64,000 nt of DNA from the NCBI RefSeq assembly GCF_964213995.1, contig NC_135823.1, positions 248,001-312,000 on the forward strand. Direction: 5' to 3'. Below, piece by piece: positions 37,731-51,279 of this stretch. This DNA comes from Mustelus asterias. Lineage: Eukaryota. A program made the position numbers and the translations under genes. Under the pieces are notes generated by a model. That model searched no databases. It was not told where the DNA came from and worked only from the letters and a program-made list of their open reading frames with translations. Position 1 is the stretch's first letter. Every line of letters starts with the position of its first letter.

Positions 37731-38757
37731 ATAAGAACATAAGAACTAGGTGCAGGGGAGCAGGCCACCGGCCCCTCGAGCCTGCTCCGCCATTCAATAA
37801 GATCATGGCTGGACTTTTTAATGGACTCAGCTCCACCTACCCGCCTGCTCACCATAACCCTTAATTCCTGTACTGTTCAAAAATTTATCTATCCTTGCCT
37901 TAAAAAACATTCAATGAGGTAGCCTCAACTGCTTCACTGGGCAGGGAATTCGACAGATTCCCAACCCTTCGTGTGAAGAAGTTCCTCCTCAACTCAGTCC
38001 TAAATCTGCTTCCCCTTATTTTGAGGCTATGCCCCGTAGCTCTAGTTTCACCCGCCTGTGGAAACAACTTTCCTGCTTCTATCTTATCTATTCCCTTCAT
38101 AACCTTACATGTTCCTATAAGATCACCCCTCATTCTTCTGAATTCCAATGAGTATAGCCCCAGTCTACTCAGTCTCTCCTCATAAGCCAACCCTCTCAAC
38201 TCCGGAATCAACCTAGTCAATGTCCTCTGCACCCCCTCCAGTGCCAGTATATCCTTTCTAAAGGCAGGAGACCAAAACTGTACACAGCACTCCAGATGTG
38301 GCCTAACCAGCACCTTATACAGCTGGAACATAATCTCGCTGTTTTTAAACTCCATCCCTCTAGCAATGAAGGACAAAATTCCATTTGCCGCCTTAATTAC
38401 CTGCTGCACCTGCAAACCAACTCCTTGTGATTCTTGCGCAAGGACACCCAGGTCCCTCTGCACAGCAGCATGCTGCAATTTTTTACCATTTAAATAATAG
38501 TCCATTTTACTATTATTTCTACCAAAATGGATGACCTCACGTTTACCAACATTGTACTCCATCTGCCAGACCCTCGCCCACTCACTTAGATTCTCTATAT
38601 CCCTTTGCAGACTTTCAGCGTCCTCGGCACACTTTGCTCTGCCACTCATCTTCATGTCATCTGCGAATTTTGACACACTACACTTGGTCCCCAACTCCAA
38701 ATCATCTATGTAAATCGGAAACAATTGCGGACCCAGCACTGATCCCTGAGACACACC
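37731..38757 (-). mobile_element. 5'-truncated CR1-like LINE
   Basis: ORF 37900-38781 has QGSVLGPQLF, FADD and RPHLEC; (cataagaa)n tail. Confidence 0.9.
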
Positions 38758-39899
38758 AGGTTTCCCTTCAGGAGTATTCAAAGACCCACTTGGGAGCTTT
38801 TATCAAACAAAGTTGAGGTAAGAATATAGTTGACATGTGTAGTAAGCAAAGTAGCAAGAACTTTTACAATTACAAAGGAGAAACAAAGCAACCATTACAA
38901 TGTATAACCCTTAATGAACATAGATAGGCTTTCCCAATGAAAACCAAAACCTCCCATTGACAAAACACGCTTTTCACAGGTTTAACAGCACAGACTAATG
39001 CTCACGTGACTAATGATAATTTGCGTCCCTTCGTTGAAATCTGCAGTTCTCTGGATTCACTCCAAACAATTTGAAGACAAGGCAGCTTCCCAAAACAGCA
39101 GAGAGACTCGTCCAGCTGCCAACAACATCAGATTTCGACCTTTCTGGAAAGCAACAGAACTTTCAAAACAATAGGGAAAAAGGGAAAACATTTCTTTTTA
39201 GCTTGCTGTCCCTTCTAAAACTCAACTCCAACCTGGAGCTCCAAACTGAAACTGAAAATGAAATCCCTATCACCTGATGTGCCCATATTTTTTTCTCCTT
39301 CCAACAGTAAAATCACATCAGGCTGTCAGCATGAATTTAAAGAAAAATTCTTAAAGGTACACTCACATCACACATGCAACTTCCAGGGTCGTAAAATGTG
39401 ATGTATATGGGAGTTGGTTTGAGGACTCTGGGTCTGTACTCAATGGAGTTTAGAAGGATGAGGGGGATCTCATTGAACCTCACCGAATTCTGAAAGGCCT
39501 GGTTAGGGTGGACATAGGGAAGATGGTTCGATTAGTAGGAGAGACTGGGATCCGAGGGCACAGCCTCAGAGTAAAGGGACGACTCTTTAGAACCGAGATG
39601 AGGAGGAAATTCTTCAGCTTGAGGGTGGTGAATCTGGGGAATTCATGGCCACAGAGGCCAGGTCATTTAAGACAGAGATAGATAGGTTCTTGATTGGAAA
39701 GGGGATCAAAGGTTACGAGGGAAAGGCGGGAGAATGGGGATGAGAGACCTATGAACCATGATTGAATGGTGGAGCAGACCCGATGGGCTGAATGGCCTAA
39801 TTCTGCTGATACATCTTATAGTCTTATTGTCTTTTTCTATGTAGATATTTTTATTTCCCTAATCCATTGATTTCACAGCGTAATAAGTAAACGTTGAGT

Positions 39900-40580
39900 T
39901 AGAGAGAGAGATTGAGGCAGAGCAGGTGAAATAGAGAGTGAGAAAGAGAGCGAGACAGAGGGAGAAAGAGAGAGAGAGAGAGGGGAGAGATAGAGAGAGG
40001 GGGAGCCAGAGATNNNNNNNNNNNNNNNNNNNNNNNNNNNNNNNNNNNNNNNNNNNNNNNNNNNNNNNNNNNNNNNNNNNNNNNNNNNNNNNNNNNNNNN
40101 NNNNNNNNNNNNNNNNNNNNNNNNNNNNNNNNNNNNNNNNNNNNNACAGAGAGCGAGAAAGAGAGAGAAAGAAAGAGAGAGAGAGGGAGAGAGAGCAAGA
40201 GAGAGTTAGACAGAGAAAAAGATAGGGAGAGAGAGAGAGACAGAGAGAGGGAGATAGAGAGATAAAGTGAGACAGAGAGAGGGAGAGAGAGAGAAAGACA
40301 CAGAGAGAGCCAAAGGAAGAGAGAGAGAGATAGCGGGAGGTGGACAGAGAGAGAGAGAGAAAGAGAAAGAGAGGGACAGAGCGAGCGAGAGAGAGTGAGA
40401 CAGCGAGAGAAACAGAGAAAGTCAGTGAGAGGGACAGAGCGAGAGAGCGAGGGTGGGAGGGAAAACGTTAGACAGAGAGACAGAGGGAGAGACAGAGAGA
40501 GAGAGGTAGAGAGAGAGAGGGAGAGAGAAAGAGAGAGCGAGAGACAGCGAGAAAAACAGACAGACAGAGAGACACCCGGA
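39900..40580 (+). repeat. GA-rich microsatellite spanning an assembly gap (40014-40145)
   Basis: Direct inspection. Confidence 0.95.
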
Positions 40581-40984
40581 GAGAAGAAACTGGCGGAAAC
40601 AAAGTCTCTGAATGTTTTTAAAAGTGTTTTCCTTGGACGGTTGATAGATTCTTGATAATTGGCAGGAACGTGGCGTTGAATTTACAATTAGGTTAGCCCC
40701 GATATGATTGACTGGGTGAGCAGGCGCGAAGAGGTGATGGCCTACTCCTTTTCTGAGTTCATATGTTCATATCCAGATATTGTTTTTACTGATGTTGCTT
40801 GAGGGAGAAATATGCCCACAAGTGGACCCACTCTGGTTGTCCTGCTCACAGTGACCATGGCATACTTTAAATTCCAGGTGAATAGACACGGGGCTTTTGT
40901 TTCAATTGATTGGAGAATATTGACATGTGATTCATTATGATCAGCTGTAAATAATCCACTCCTTCAGCATGAGGTTAGTGATAG

Positions 40985-43160
40985 AAGAAAGAGATAGAGA
41001 GTCTGGTGAACTGGTGCGGCGATAATAATCTCTCCCTCAGTGTCACCAAAACGGAGAAGGTAGTCATCAATTTCAGGAAGCGTAGTGGAGGACATGCCCT
41101 TTGCGTATATCAACGGGGACGAAGTTGAAATGGTCGAGAGCTTAAACTTCCCAGGTGCCCAAATCACCAACAACCCGTCCTAGTCCGCCCATGCTGATGC
41201 CTCTACTTTCCCAGGAGACGGTGGCATGCCTGCTACAACCCTCACCAACGTTTCCAGGGTGTAGATCATAGAACATAGAACATTACAGCGCAGTTCAGGC
41301 CCTTCGGCCCTCGACGTTGCGCCGACCAGTGAAACCAATCTAAAGCCCATCTAACCTACACTATTCCAATATCATCCATATGTTTATCCAATAACCATTT
41401 GAATGCTCTTAATGTTGACGAGTCCACTACTGCTGCAGGCAGGGCATTCCACGCCATTACTACTCTCTGAGTAAAGAACCTACCTCTAACATCTGTCCTA
41501 TATCTCTAACCCCTCAATTTAAAGCTATGTCCCCTCGTGTGAGCCATCACCATCCGAGGAAAAAGGCTCTCACTGTCCACCCTATCTAATCCTCTGATCA
41601 TCTTGTATGCCTCTATTAAGTCACGTCTTAACCTCCTTCTCTCTAACGAAAACAACCTCAAGCCCCTCAGCCTTTCCTCATGCGATTTTCCCACCATACA
41701 GGCAACATCCTGGTAAATCTCCTCTGCAACCTTTCCAACACTTCCACATCCTTCCTATCATGCGGCGTCCAGAACTGTACGCAATACTCCAAGTGCGGCT
41801 GCACCAGAGTTTTGTACAGTTGCAACATGACCTCCTGGCTCCGAAACTCAATCCCTCTACCAATAATAGCTCACACACCGTACGCCTTCTTAACAACCCT
41901 ATCAACCTGGATGCCAACCTTCAGGGATCTATGCACATGGACACCCAGATCCCTCTGTTCATCCACACTACCAAGTATCTTATCATTAGCCCAGTTCTCT
42001 ATATTCCTGTTACTCCTTCCAAAGTGAATCACTTCGCACTTTTCAGCATTAAACTCCATTTGCCACCTCTCAGGTATACCATAGAAAGTATCGTTTTCGG
42101 ATGTATCACGGCTTGGTATGGCTCCTGCCAAAACCGCAAGAAACTACAAAATATTGTGAACGTAGCCCAGACCATCACATAAACCAGCCTCCAATCCATT
42201 GACTTTGTCTACACTTCCCGCTGCCTCGGGAAAAGCATGATGAGGAGATGCCAGCGTTGGACTGGGGTAAATACAGTCCGAAGTTTAACAACACCAGGTT
42301 AAAGTCCAACAGGTTTATTTGGTAGCAAAAGCCACACAAGCTTTCGGAGCTCCAAGCCTCTTCTTCAGGTGAGTGGGAATTCTGTTCACAAACAGGGCAT
42401 ATAAAGACACAGACTCAATTGACATGACTAATGGTTGGAATGCGAATACTTACAGCTGATCAAGTCTTAAAGGTACAAACAATGTGAGTGGAGAGAGCAT
42501 CAAGACAGGCTAAAAAGATGTGTATTGTTTCCAGACAGGACAGCCAGCGAAACTCTGCAGGTCCAGGCAGGCTGTGGGGATTACAAACAGTGTGACATGA
42601 ACACAATATCCCGGTTGAGGCCGTCCTCATGTGTGCGGAACTTGGCTATCAGTTTCTGCTCAGCGACTCTGCGCCGTCGTGTGTCGTGAAGGCTGCCTTG
42701 GAGAACGCTTACCCGAATACTCGGGTAACTCGGGAAAAGCAGCCAGCATAACTAAGGACGCCACGCATCCCGGACATTCTCTCTTCCACCTTCTTCCGTC
42801 GGGAAAAACATACAAAAGTCTGAGGTCATGTACCAACCGATTCAAGAACAGCTTCTTCCCTGCTGCCATCAGACTTTTGAATGGACCTACCTCGCATTAA
42901 GTTGATCTTTCTCTACACCCTAGCTATGAATGTAACACTACATTCTGTATTCTCTCCTTTGCTTTCTCCCCTATGTACTCTATGAACAGTCTGCCTTGTC
43001 TGTAAAGCACACAAGAAAGAATACTTTTTCGACACTCTATCTGACTGTGACACTACATTCTCTAACTTCTCCTTTCCTTCTGCACTATGTACTCTATGAA
43101 CAGTATGCCTTGTCTGTTTAGCGCTCAAGAAGCAAAACCTTTCACTGTATCCCAAGTATA
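40985..43160. mobile_element. Nested stack: Rex1-like (+) interrupted by CR1 (-, ~41266-42072) and a Penelope 3' fragment (-, 42238-42728)
   Basis: Rex1 sequence resumes after each insert. The 13-bp duplication ctcgggaaaagca lies at 42225-42237 and 42729-42741. Confidence 0.85.
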
Positions 43161-44167
43161 AACGGGAGCAACTGTCTGCTACCTCAATCGTGCTAACCCT
43201 GCAAAGGCATCATTCTAAATGAGGAGTGAGGATGACACAAACTACAAAGAGATACCCAGGGCAGTGAGGAGCGGATGGTCTTTTTGCTGTTTTCCACATA
43301 CTAGCTTTTCTCTTTGGTGACTCGTCATCTGCGCTGGAAAACATGCTGGAAATGTACGTTTTGCAGATACTACGTGCAGTGGTTAAGAACTGGAAAATTC
43401 AGCGCTGTGTTTATTTTGTCTCAGCGCTTCCCGTTTATAGTTCAGGAGCCCGCTCATATCTCAGTCCGCCAAGACAAACACCTCACAGCTTATGCTTCAC
43501 TGGGCGCTTCAGACTGTTCAAACTGTGGAGAAAAGGCAAAGTTTATTTATTTTTTTATTATTAGTCACAAGTCGGCTTACGTTCACACTGCAATGAAGTT
43601 ACTGTGAAAATACCCTAGTCGCCACATTCCAGCTCCTGTTCGGGTAACACTGAGGGAGAATTTAGCTTGGCAAGTTCACCTCACCTGCACATCTTTGGGA
43701 CCATAGGAGGAAAACGGAGCACCCACAGGAAACCCGAAACCCACGCAGACACGGGAGAATGTGCAAACTCCACACAGACAGTGACTCGAGGGCGGGAATC
43801 GAAACTGGCGCTGTGAGGCAGCAGTGCCAACCACTGTGCCGACGTGCCGCCCTTTGTTGGGCAGCGTGGATAATTTGCTGAACTCAACAGCACGACTGGT
43901 TGCGCCATTCACCTGAGCATAGGGGATAGCAATCTAATACAGAGTGTTGCGTTGAATTCATTCCGGATATCTTCATTTATTTTGTTTTGAACCAGAAGGT
44001 GTCAGATTGAAGATAACACGAAAGAGGAGTGAACGTTTTAGTTATTGTTTCACCCGGTGTCTGTTTCCCTGTCTATCTCTCTGTGGCATAATTATCCTCT
44101 TACTCGATGGAGCATGGACAATCTGCTCCAGGCTGGTAATTATCCTTCACATTAAACGCAACCACGT

Positions 44168-44640
44168 GGGGAGGCAATGGCCTAGTGGCATTGACACTGG
44201 ACTTAATCCAGAAACTCAGCTAATGAGGCATAGATCGGGTGGACTCTCAGAGGCTTTTTCCCAGTGTGGAAATGGCTGCTACGAGAGGACACAGGTTTAA
44301 GTTGCTGGGGGGTAGGTACAGGGGAATTGTTCGGGGGAGTTTCTTCACACAGAGGGTGGTGGGCGAGTGGGATCGGCTGCCGTCAGTGGTGGTGGAGGCA
44401 AACTCAATAGGGTCTTTTAAGAGACTCCTGGATGAATACATGGAACTTAATAGGATGGAGGGCTATAGGTAGGCCTAAAAGGTAGGGATATGTTCGGCAC
44501 AACTTGTGGGGCCGAAAGGCCTGTTTTGTGCTGTAGTTTTCTATGTTTCTGTGCTTCTAATGTTCTGGGTACCCGGGTTCGACTCCCGCCACGGCAGAGA
44601 ATGGAATTTAAATTTAAATAAAAAAATATCTGGAATTAAG
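44168..44640 (+). mobile_element. tRNA SINE split by a CR1 3' fragment (44226-44556)
   Basis: ctaatg is duplicated at 44220-44225 and 44557-44562; the SINE B box resumes after the insert. Confidence 0.8.
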
Positions 44641-47600
44641 AATGGTTAGCACTGTGGCCTAACAGTGCCAGCGCTACTGTTGCCTAACCCGAGTTGAATT
44701 CTGGCCTCGGGTCACTCTCTGTGTCGAGTTGGCACACTTTCCCCATGTCGGCGTGGGTTTCCACCGGGTGCTCCAGTTTCTTCACACAGTCCTAAGATGT
44801 GCGGGTTAAGTTGATTGACCATGTTAAATTCCCAGTAGTGTCAGGGGGATTAGCAATGTAAAAACATGATGTTCAGGGGTTAGGACCTGGGTGGGATTGT
44901 TGTGGTGCTGGCTCGATGGGCAGAAAGGCCTCCTTCTGCACTGCAGGGATTCTGTGAATGTTGATCTGTTCATTATTCCTCATAAAAAGAAGAGGAATAA
45001 TCTGGAACCCCGACCCTTAAATAGTTGCTAAGAAAGGTGGGGTGGCGGTCATTGAAAACTACCAGAATTTCGATGTTGTTCGGTATTACGATGGAGGTTT
45101 ATTAAATGGAAAAGCGTGGATGGAGTTAATACAGATCAGTCAAGACAGACCAAACTCACCGAGTGGCTGAATGGACTCCACCTGCCCCAGTGTTCTTGTG
45201 GTGACAGCAGTGTATTCCAAGGCAAATTTAGGACTGATGCCAGGAGCCTATCACACAGGAAGTGATCGGCATTGAGAATGGTTTTCTGGGTAGAGTGAAT
45301 TGGGGGATAATTGAATGAAACCCCTGCATTCCTCAAGAAACAATTGTCCTGGTGGATGAGAAGTTCAAATCCTCATGGGGTGGATGGACTATCTTGAGCA
45401 CAAGAACTTTTCCCATTTTGAAAATCCCCTTCGTTGAAAGGTCAGTCACGAGGGAACATAGATTCAAGGTGAGGGGCAGGAATGTTTAGGGGGATGTGAG
45501 GAAAAGATTTTTCACTCAGAGGGTGGTGAGGGTCTGGAATGCGCTGGCTGGGAGGGTGGTAGATGCGCGTTGCCTCACATCTTTTAAAGAGGACCCGGAT
45601 AAGCACTTGACACGTCATAACATTCAGGGCTGCGGGCCAAGTGTTGGTAGATGGGATTTGGCGGGAGTTCAGGTCTCGGTGCAGACTCGATGGGCCGAAA
45701 GGCCTCCTTTGCACTCCATGATTCTATGATTCTGCATAATGTACACATGGCTTCAAATACTCTTCGCAATTTCTGTGCAGAGTGATTTTTTGGACCAGTG
45801 CAAGGCGCTGTGCTTTTGAAAATGTGTCTACGCGTTTGTATCAGGAATTGTCCAAGGTTCTATATTATTTCAGAGAATAACAATTATCCAATTATTCAAA
45901 AATCATCACATGACATTCGAGATTCTTAATAGTTATGATATTAAAAATATCATGGGGATATGTCGCACCGTATCAGTGAAAAATCATCTGAAATTTACTC
46001 ACTCGTTTGCCTAATCTTCTAACGTGACCTATGTATTCTATGAACAGTATGCCGTGTCTGTGTAATTGACGTTTGCAAAGTTCGCCAGCAAATCTGTTGC
46101 ATTCAAAGCCAATGGGTTATGCTTCAAGCTGTGTGGATTTTATTTATTCATTAGTGGGACATGGGCGTCGCTGGTTGGTCAGCATTTATTGCCCATCCCT
46201 AGTTGCCATTGGAGGGCAGTTGAGAGTCAACCACATTGCTGTGGCTCTGAAGTCACATGTAGGCCAGACCGGGTAAGGATATTAGTGAACCAGGTGTTAT
46301 TTGTTGGGACAATCGCCAATAGTCATCAGTAGTTTCTTAATCCCAGAGTTTGTTTTTTATTTAATCTAAATTTCACCATCTGCCGTGGTGGGATACGAAC
46401 TCTGGTCCCCATTAGCTAACTTTCTGGATTATGAGTCTAGCGATCATACCACTAAGCCTTCGCCTCCGCATTCAGGTCGGAACATTTACTAAGAATTAAG
46501 AAAAAAAAATCACCATTAAAATGGTGGTGTGGTGAAAGATGAATCATTCTCAAGAGCATTGGGAAAAAGCCAAGAGTTTAGACTAAATTCATTTAGACAA
46601 ATGACACTGGCTTGACGGGCAGAATGGCCTCTTTCTGTGCTGGAAATTGCCACAGTTCTAAGCTTCGAGTCTATAAAATCCATTTACCCGCGTTATCAGA
46701 CGGGAATATGGATTGCAGATAATGTTCTTTCAGGATTAAATATATCAGTGTCCAATACCAGGATACATCCAGTTAAGGCTCGGGACACATTTAATCTTGC
46801 AGATTTCATCTTCATGCAGCCGAAATCCTAAACCAATTACTAACCTGCCTGGTCAGCCCTTAATCCCATCTCCAACGCACACACACACATCCTAAAAATG
46901 TCTATGTAAATTAGCTGAAGAGCCACCGGAAACATATTTGTTCTAAACCCTTATAGAAACCGAAATCACACAGCTTACATTTGGTATTCAAAACCTGTTT
47001 CAATATTTAGATAACTCCGGCAAAGATATGTTTTGAATTATTTCTTGCACAATTACAGTAGAAAATGCAGAATAGAATTTTAAAAACCGCTATGAGAAAT
47101 TAGAAGCATGGAGAGGTGAAATTGCACTGCAGACGATATTCTGTCATAGGATGGCGGACATTAAGAGAAAATTCATTTTCCGGTTTGGTCGCCATCATAC
47201 TATAGAGCCACCAATCCGCCCGAATTTCCACCGGCTGCACTTTCGGAATTTCCCGTGCAACAAGAAGAATGTTTCTGAAGCACTAGACATCCGGTGAGTT
47301 CTCTCTCCCCTCGAGTTAGAGTTTTGGATCCTCGTTAAAGGCCAGGCGAGCGTAAAGCGTCTGTGGATGAAAAGTGATCAGTCCGTGCAATCCACACCAT
47401 TATTATAGGGATGGGCGAGACCATTCAGTCCCCCGCTCCACCCCTCCCCCTCCCCGCCCCACGCCCCCCACCCCCCCACCCCCGCCCTCTATTCAATCGG
47501 TTCATGGCTTAAAGGGAGCTCAACTCACAGTCACCCACCAATATTGAATAATCCTGAATCCACTCCCTAATGTAAATTTAACTGTCGCAGTTTTGAGAGT

Positions 47601-47994
47601 TCCAATTGCCCAATGTTCTATATAGCTTTTTAGTGACCGGAATTCCGCCCCGCGTTCTGTCAAGAAGTGTTTTGATTTTATTTATTATTGTCACATGTAT
47701 TACTATGCATTGAAAAGTATTGTTTCTTGCCCAGTATACAGACAAAGCATACCGTGTACGGTGGAGGAAAGGAGAGGGTGCAGATTATAGTGTTACAGTG
47801 ACAGCTAGGGTGTAGAGAAAGTTCAACTTAAATGAGGCAGGTCAATTCTAATGTCTGATGGCAGCAGGGAAGAAGCTGTTCTTGCGTGGGTTGGTACGTG
47901 ACCTCAGACTGATGTATCTTTTTCCCGAAGGAGGAAGGTGGAAAAGAATATGTCCAGGGTGCGTGGGGTCCTTGATTGTGCTGTCTCTTTTTTA

Positions 47995-49145
47995 CATAGA
48001 AACAGAGAAGATAGCAGCAGGAGGAGGTCATTTGGCCCTTCGAGCCTGCTCCACTATTCATTACGATCATGGCTGATCGTCCAGCCCAATAGCCTAATCC
48101 TGCTTTCTCCCCATAACCTTCGCCCCCAGGTGCTATATCCAGCCGCCTCTTGAATACATTCAATATTTTGGCATCAACTAATTCCTGTGGCAATGAATTC
48201 CACAGGTTCACCACTCTTTTGGTGAAGAAATGTCTCCTCATCTCCGTCCTAAATGGTCTACCCCGAAACCTCAAACTGTGACCCCTGGTTCTGAACTCCC
48301 CCACCATCGAGAAAATCCTCCCTGCATCCACCCTGTCTCGTCCTGTTAGAATTTTATAAGTCTCTATGAAATCCCCCCTCATTCGTCTGAACTCCAGCGA
48401 AAACAATCCTAACCGAGTCAATCTCTCCTCATTCATCAGTCCCGCCATTCCCGGAATGAGCCTGGTAAACCTTCGCTGCACTCCCTCGAGAGCACGAGCC
48501 TCCTTCCAAAGTGAATACGCTTGGTATGTGTCCTGCTCTGTCCACGACCACAAGAACTGGTCCAATCCCATCACTCAAACCAGCCTCCCATCTACTGACT
48601 CTGTCGGCACTTCCCGCTGTCTCGGAAAAGCAACCAGCATAATTAAGGACCCGACGCATTCCAGACTTACTCTCTCCTACCTTCTTCGGTCGGGAAAAAG
48701 ATACAAAACTTTGAGGTCACCTACCAACCGGCTCAAGAACAGCTTCTTCCCTGCTGCCATCAGACTTCTGAATGGACCTACCTCGCACTAAGTTGACCTT
48801 TCTCTACGCCCGAGCTATCACTGTAACACTACATTCTCCACTCTCTCCTTTCCTTCTCTATGAACGGTATGCCTTCTCTGTATAGAGCGCAAGAAACAAT
48901 ACTTTCCACTGTACCCCAATACATGTGACAATAATAAATCAAATCAATGTACTCTCTGAATGGTATGCTTTGTCTGTATAGCGCACAATAAACAATACTT
49001 TTCACTTTATCCCAATACATGTGACAATAATAAATCAAATCAATGTACTCTATGAATGGTATGCTTTGTCTGTATAGCGCGCAATAAACAATACTTTTCA
49101 CTGTAAGCTAATGCATGTGATAATAATAAATCAACTCAAATCAAA
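47995..49145. mobile_element. CR1 3' fragment (-) abutting a Rex1-like 3' part (+) with triplicated tail unit
   Basis: ORF 47828-48574 has CR1 motifs; RLKNSFFPAAIRLLNG follows; three ~93-nt tail copies at 48855-49145. Confidence 0.8.
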
Positions 49146-49343
49146 TGTCCCACGAATGAATTGAACAAAAAAGCGAACTTGGAAGTAGTGTCATTCGGCC
49201 TCGAAACTTTCTCTGTCCGTGATGCCGCCAGGCTTGTTGAGATTATCCAGAACTTTTTGTGTTGGTTATGAATTGTAAACCGCGGATTAATAGTTAATGA
49301 AATGTATCCGTGTGGTATAGCAACAACAATTCCATTCATTCAC

Positions 49344-49402
49344 CTCTTTATTCTGTTTGTGTTCTCTGGATTCTGTCAGTTTCTCATCACTGTTCGCGGT
49401 TC
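49344..49402 (-). CDS. Gene B cytoplasmic exon: (G)TANSDEKLTESREHKQNKE
   Basis: Acceptor ctctttctaacag, donor GAG|gtgaat, 59 nt, phase 1->0. Parallels the 50-nt phase 1->0 exon of gene A. Confidence 0.7.
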
Positions 49403-49541
49403 CTGTTAGAAAGAGTGATTTAAACTGAAATTTAAACTGGCGACATTTCACACCGAACGCGCTCAGAAGTGTCAATAACTCAGCGATAAATGGGCGGATT
49501 GAGAACGCCGCGCAGTAACAGCGTCCCCAAACAATCGCTAC

Positions 49542-49661
49542 CTCTCTGCCGGTTCCTGCAGATCCTTCTTCCGGCTACAAGGACCAAGCCCAGAAGGAGA
49601 AGCGCCGCAGCCGACAAACCCCCGGAAAACAGTAAATGACAGGTGGTCGGGAAGGGAGAAT
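49542..49661 (-). CDS. Gene B transmembrane exon: (D)SPFPTTCHLLFSGGLSAAALLLLGLVLVAGRRICRNRQR
   Basis: Acceptor tctttttgcag, donor GAG|gtagcg, 120 nt, phase 1->1. Hydrophobic stretch followed by basic stop-transfer residues. Confidence 0.82.
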
Positions 49662-51279
49662 CTGCAAAAAGAATTAAACTTTCACTCAAAGAAAATCAAG
49701 TGTGGAAATAATTAAACAAGCGAAGGAGTTTGCCCAATTTAACTGTCCAATTTGACAGGAAAATGGTATAAAGTTTTTGCACACTTTCCCATCATGTAAT
49801 AGAGTAGCACTTTTACAATAGGACACAAGGCGAGGGAGAGAGACAGTGACAGGGAGACTGAGCATTTTTTGAACAGGGCACACAGAGAGATGGAAGGAGA
49901 GAGTGAAAGATTCAGGGAGAGAGTAACCATAGAATCCCACAGTGCAGAAGAAGACCATTCGGGCCATCACGTCTACACTGACAATAATCCCACCCTATCC
50001 CCGTCACATCACGTATTTACCCTGCTAATCCCCCTGACAGTCGGGTCAATTTAGCATGGCCAATCAACCTAACCCGCACATCTTTGGACTGTGGGAGGAA
50101 ACCGGAGCACCCAGAGGAAACCCACGCATTCACGGGGAGAATGTGCAGACTCGACACAGACAACCCCCGAGGCCGGAATTGAAACCGGGGCTCTTGGCGC
50201 TGTGAGACATCAGTGCGAACAATTGTGCCACCGTGTTGCCCAATCGAGAGATTTTTAAAAAGCACTTTTCCAATGGGACACAGGGAGAGGCAGAGAGAGA
50301 GAGTGACAGAGGGACTGCGCACTTTTTGAACATAGAGAAAGGAGGAGAGTGTGAAAGATTCAGGGAAGAGAAAGAACCAATATGTTACAAAGCCCAGTTT
50401 AAACAACAGAGAAATAAAGCACGATGTAGAGTCATAGAGGCTTACAGCATGGAAACAGGCCCTTCAGACCAACTTGTCCATCCCGCCCCTTTTTTAACAA
50501 CTAAGCTAGTCTAATTTGCCCGTGTTTGGCCCATATCCCTCTGTACCCATCTTACCCATGTAACTGTCCAAACGCTTTTTAAAATACAAACTTGTACCCG
50601 CCTCTACTACTGCCTCTGGCAGCTCGTTCCAGACACTCAACACCTAGTGTGTGAAAAAATTGTCCCAGATATATTGACAGAATAAATGATTCAAAGATAG
50701 AGCAGCAATCTGAGAGAACACCGTTCAAAGATAGAGAGATAGACAGAGACGATAACTTATACAGATGTATTTAGCTCAATTTTCAATAGGGAAAGATTCA
50801 GAGAGCTTTTGAGAAAGAGCGAAAAGAAGAGAACAAAATAGATATCATTGGAGAGCGATAGGTAGACACTTAGATGAAGCACCATGTAACTAGCACAAAA
50901 ATAGTAAACATAGAACGCTGGAGAATGCAAGATAAACCAATAAATAGAGGGAAAGAGAGAGAGACAGAGAGAGAGAGGGCGATGAAGATCTGAAGTTAGA
51001 GTGAGAGTGAAAGAGAGTGACAGACTGACTGAGAAAGCTACACCAGGGTATAAATTGAATATTGATAGAGAGAAAGGGTGGGGGTTAGGTGGGGGGCGTG
51101 GGGGGGGGGGGGGGGGTTGGTGGTGGATGGTGGGGGAGAGAGATTGTAAACAGGGGAAGATAAACAACTAGACATATCGTAGTCTGCCTGCTGAACAGAA
51201 CAAGGCCTATCGGCCTATCGAGCCTGCGCGACAATAGCCCCACCCAGGTCCCAACCACTTAATCCCAAATATTTACCCT

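Noticed and set aside
38760-39372. Possible solo LTR (also ~25200-25650)
   Set aside because: Composition is suggestive, but no TSD, partner LTR or PBS could be verified by eye.
39899-40655. Arg/Glu-rich, His/Thr-rich and Gly/Pro-rich ORFs here and elsewhere
   Set aside because: Translations of GA, CA and poly-G microsatellites.
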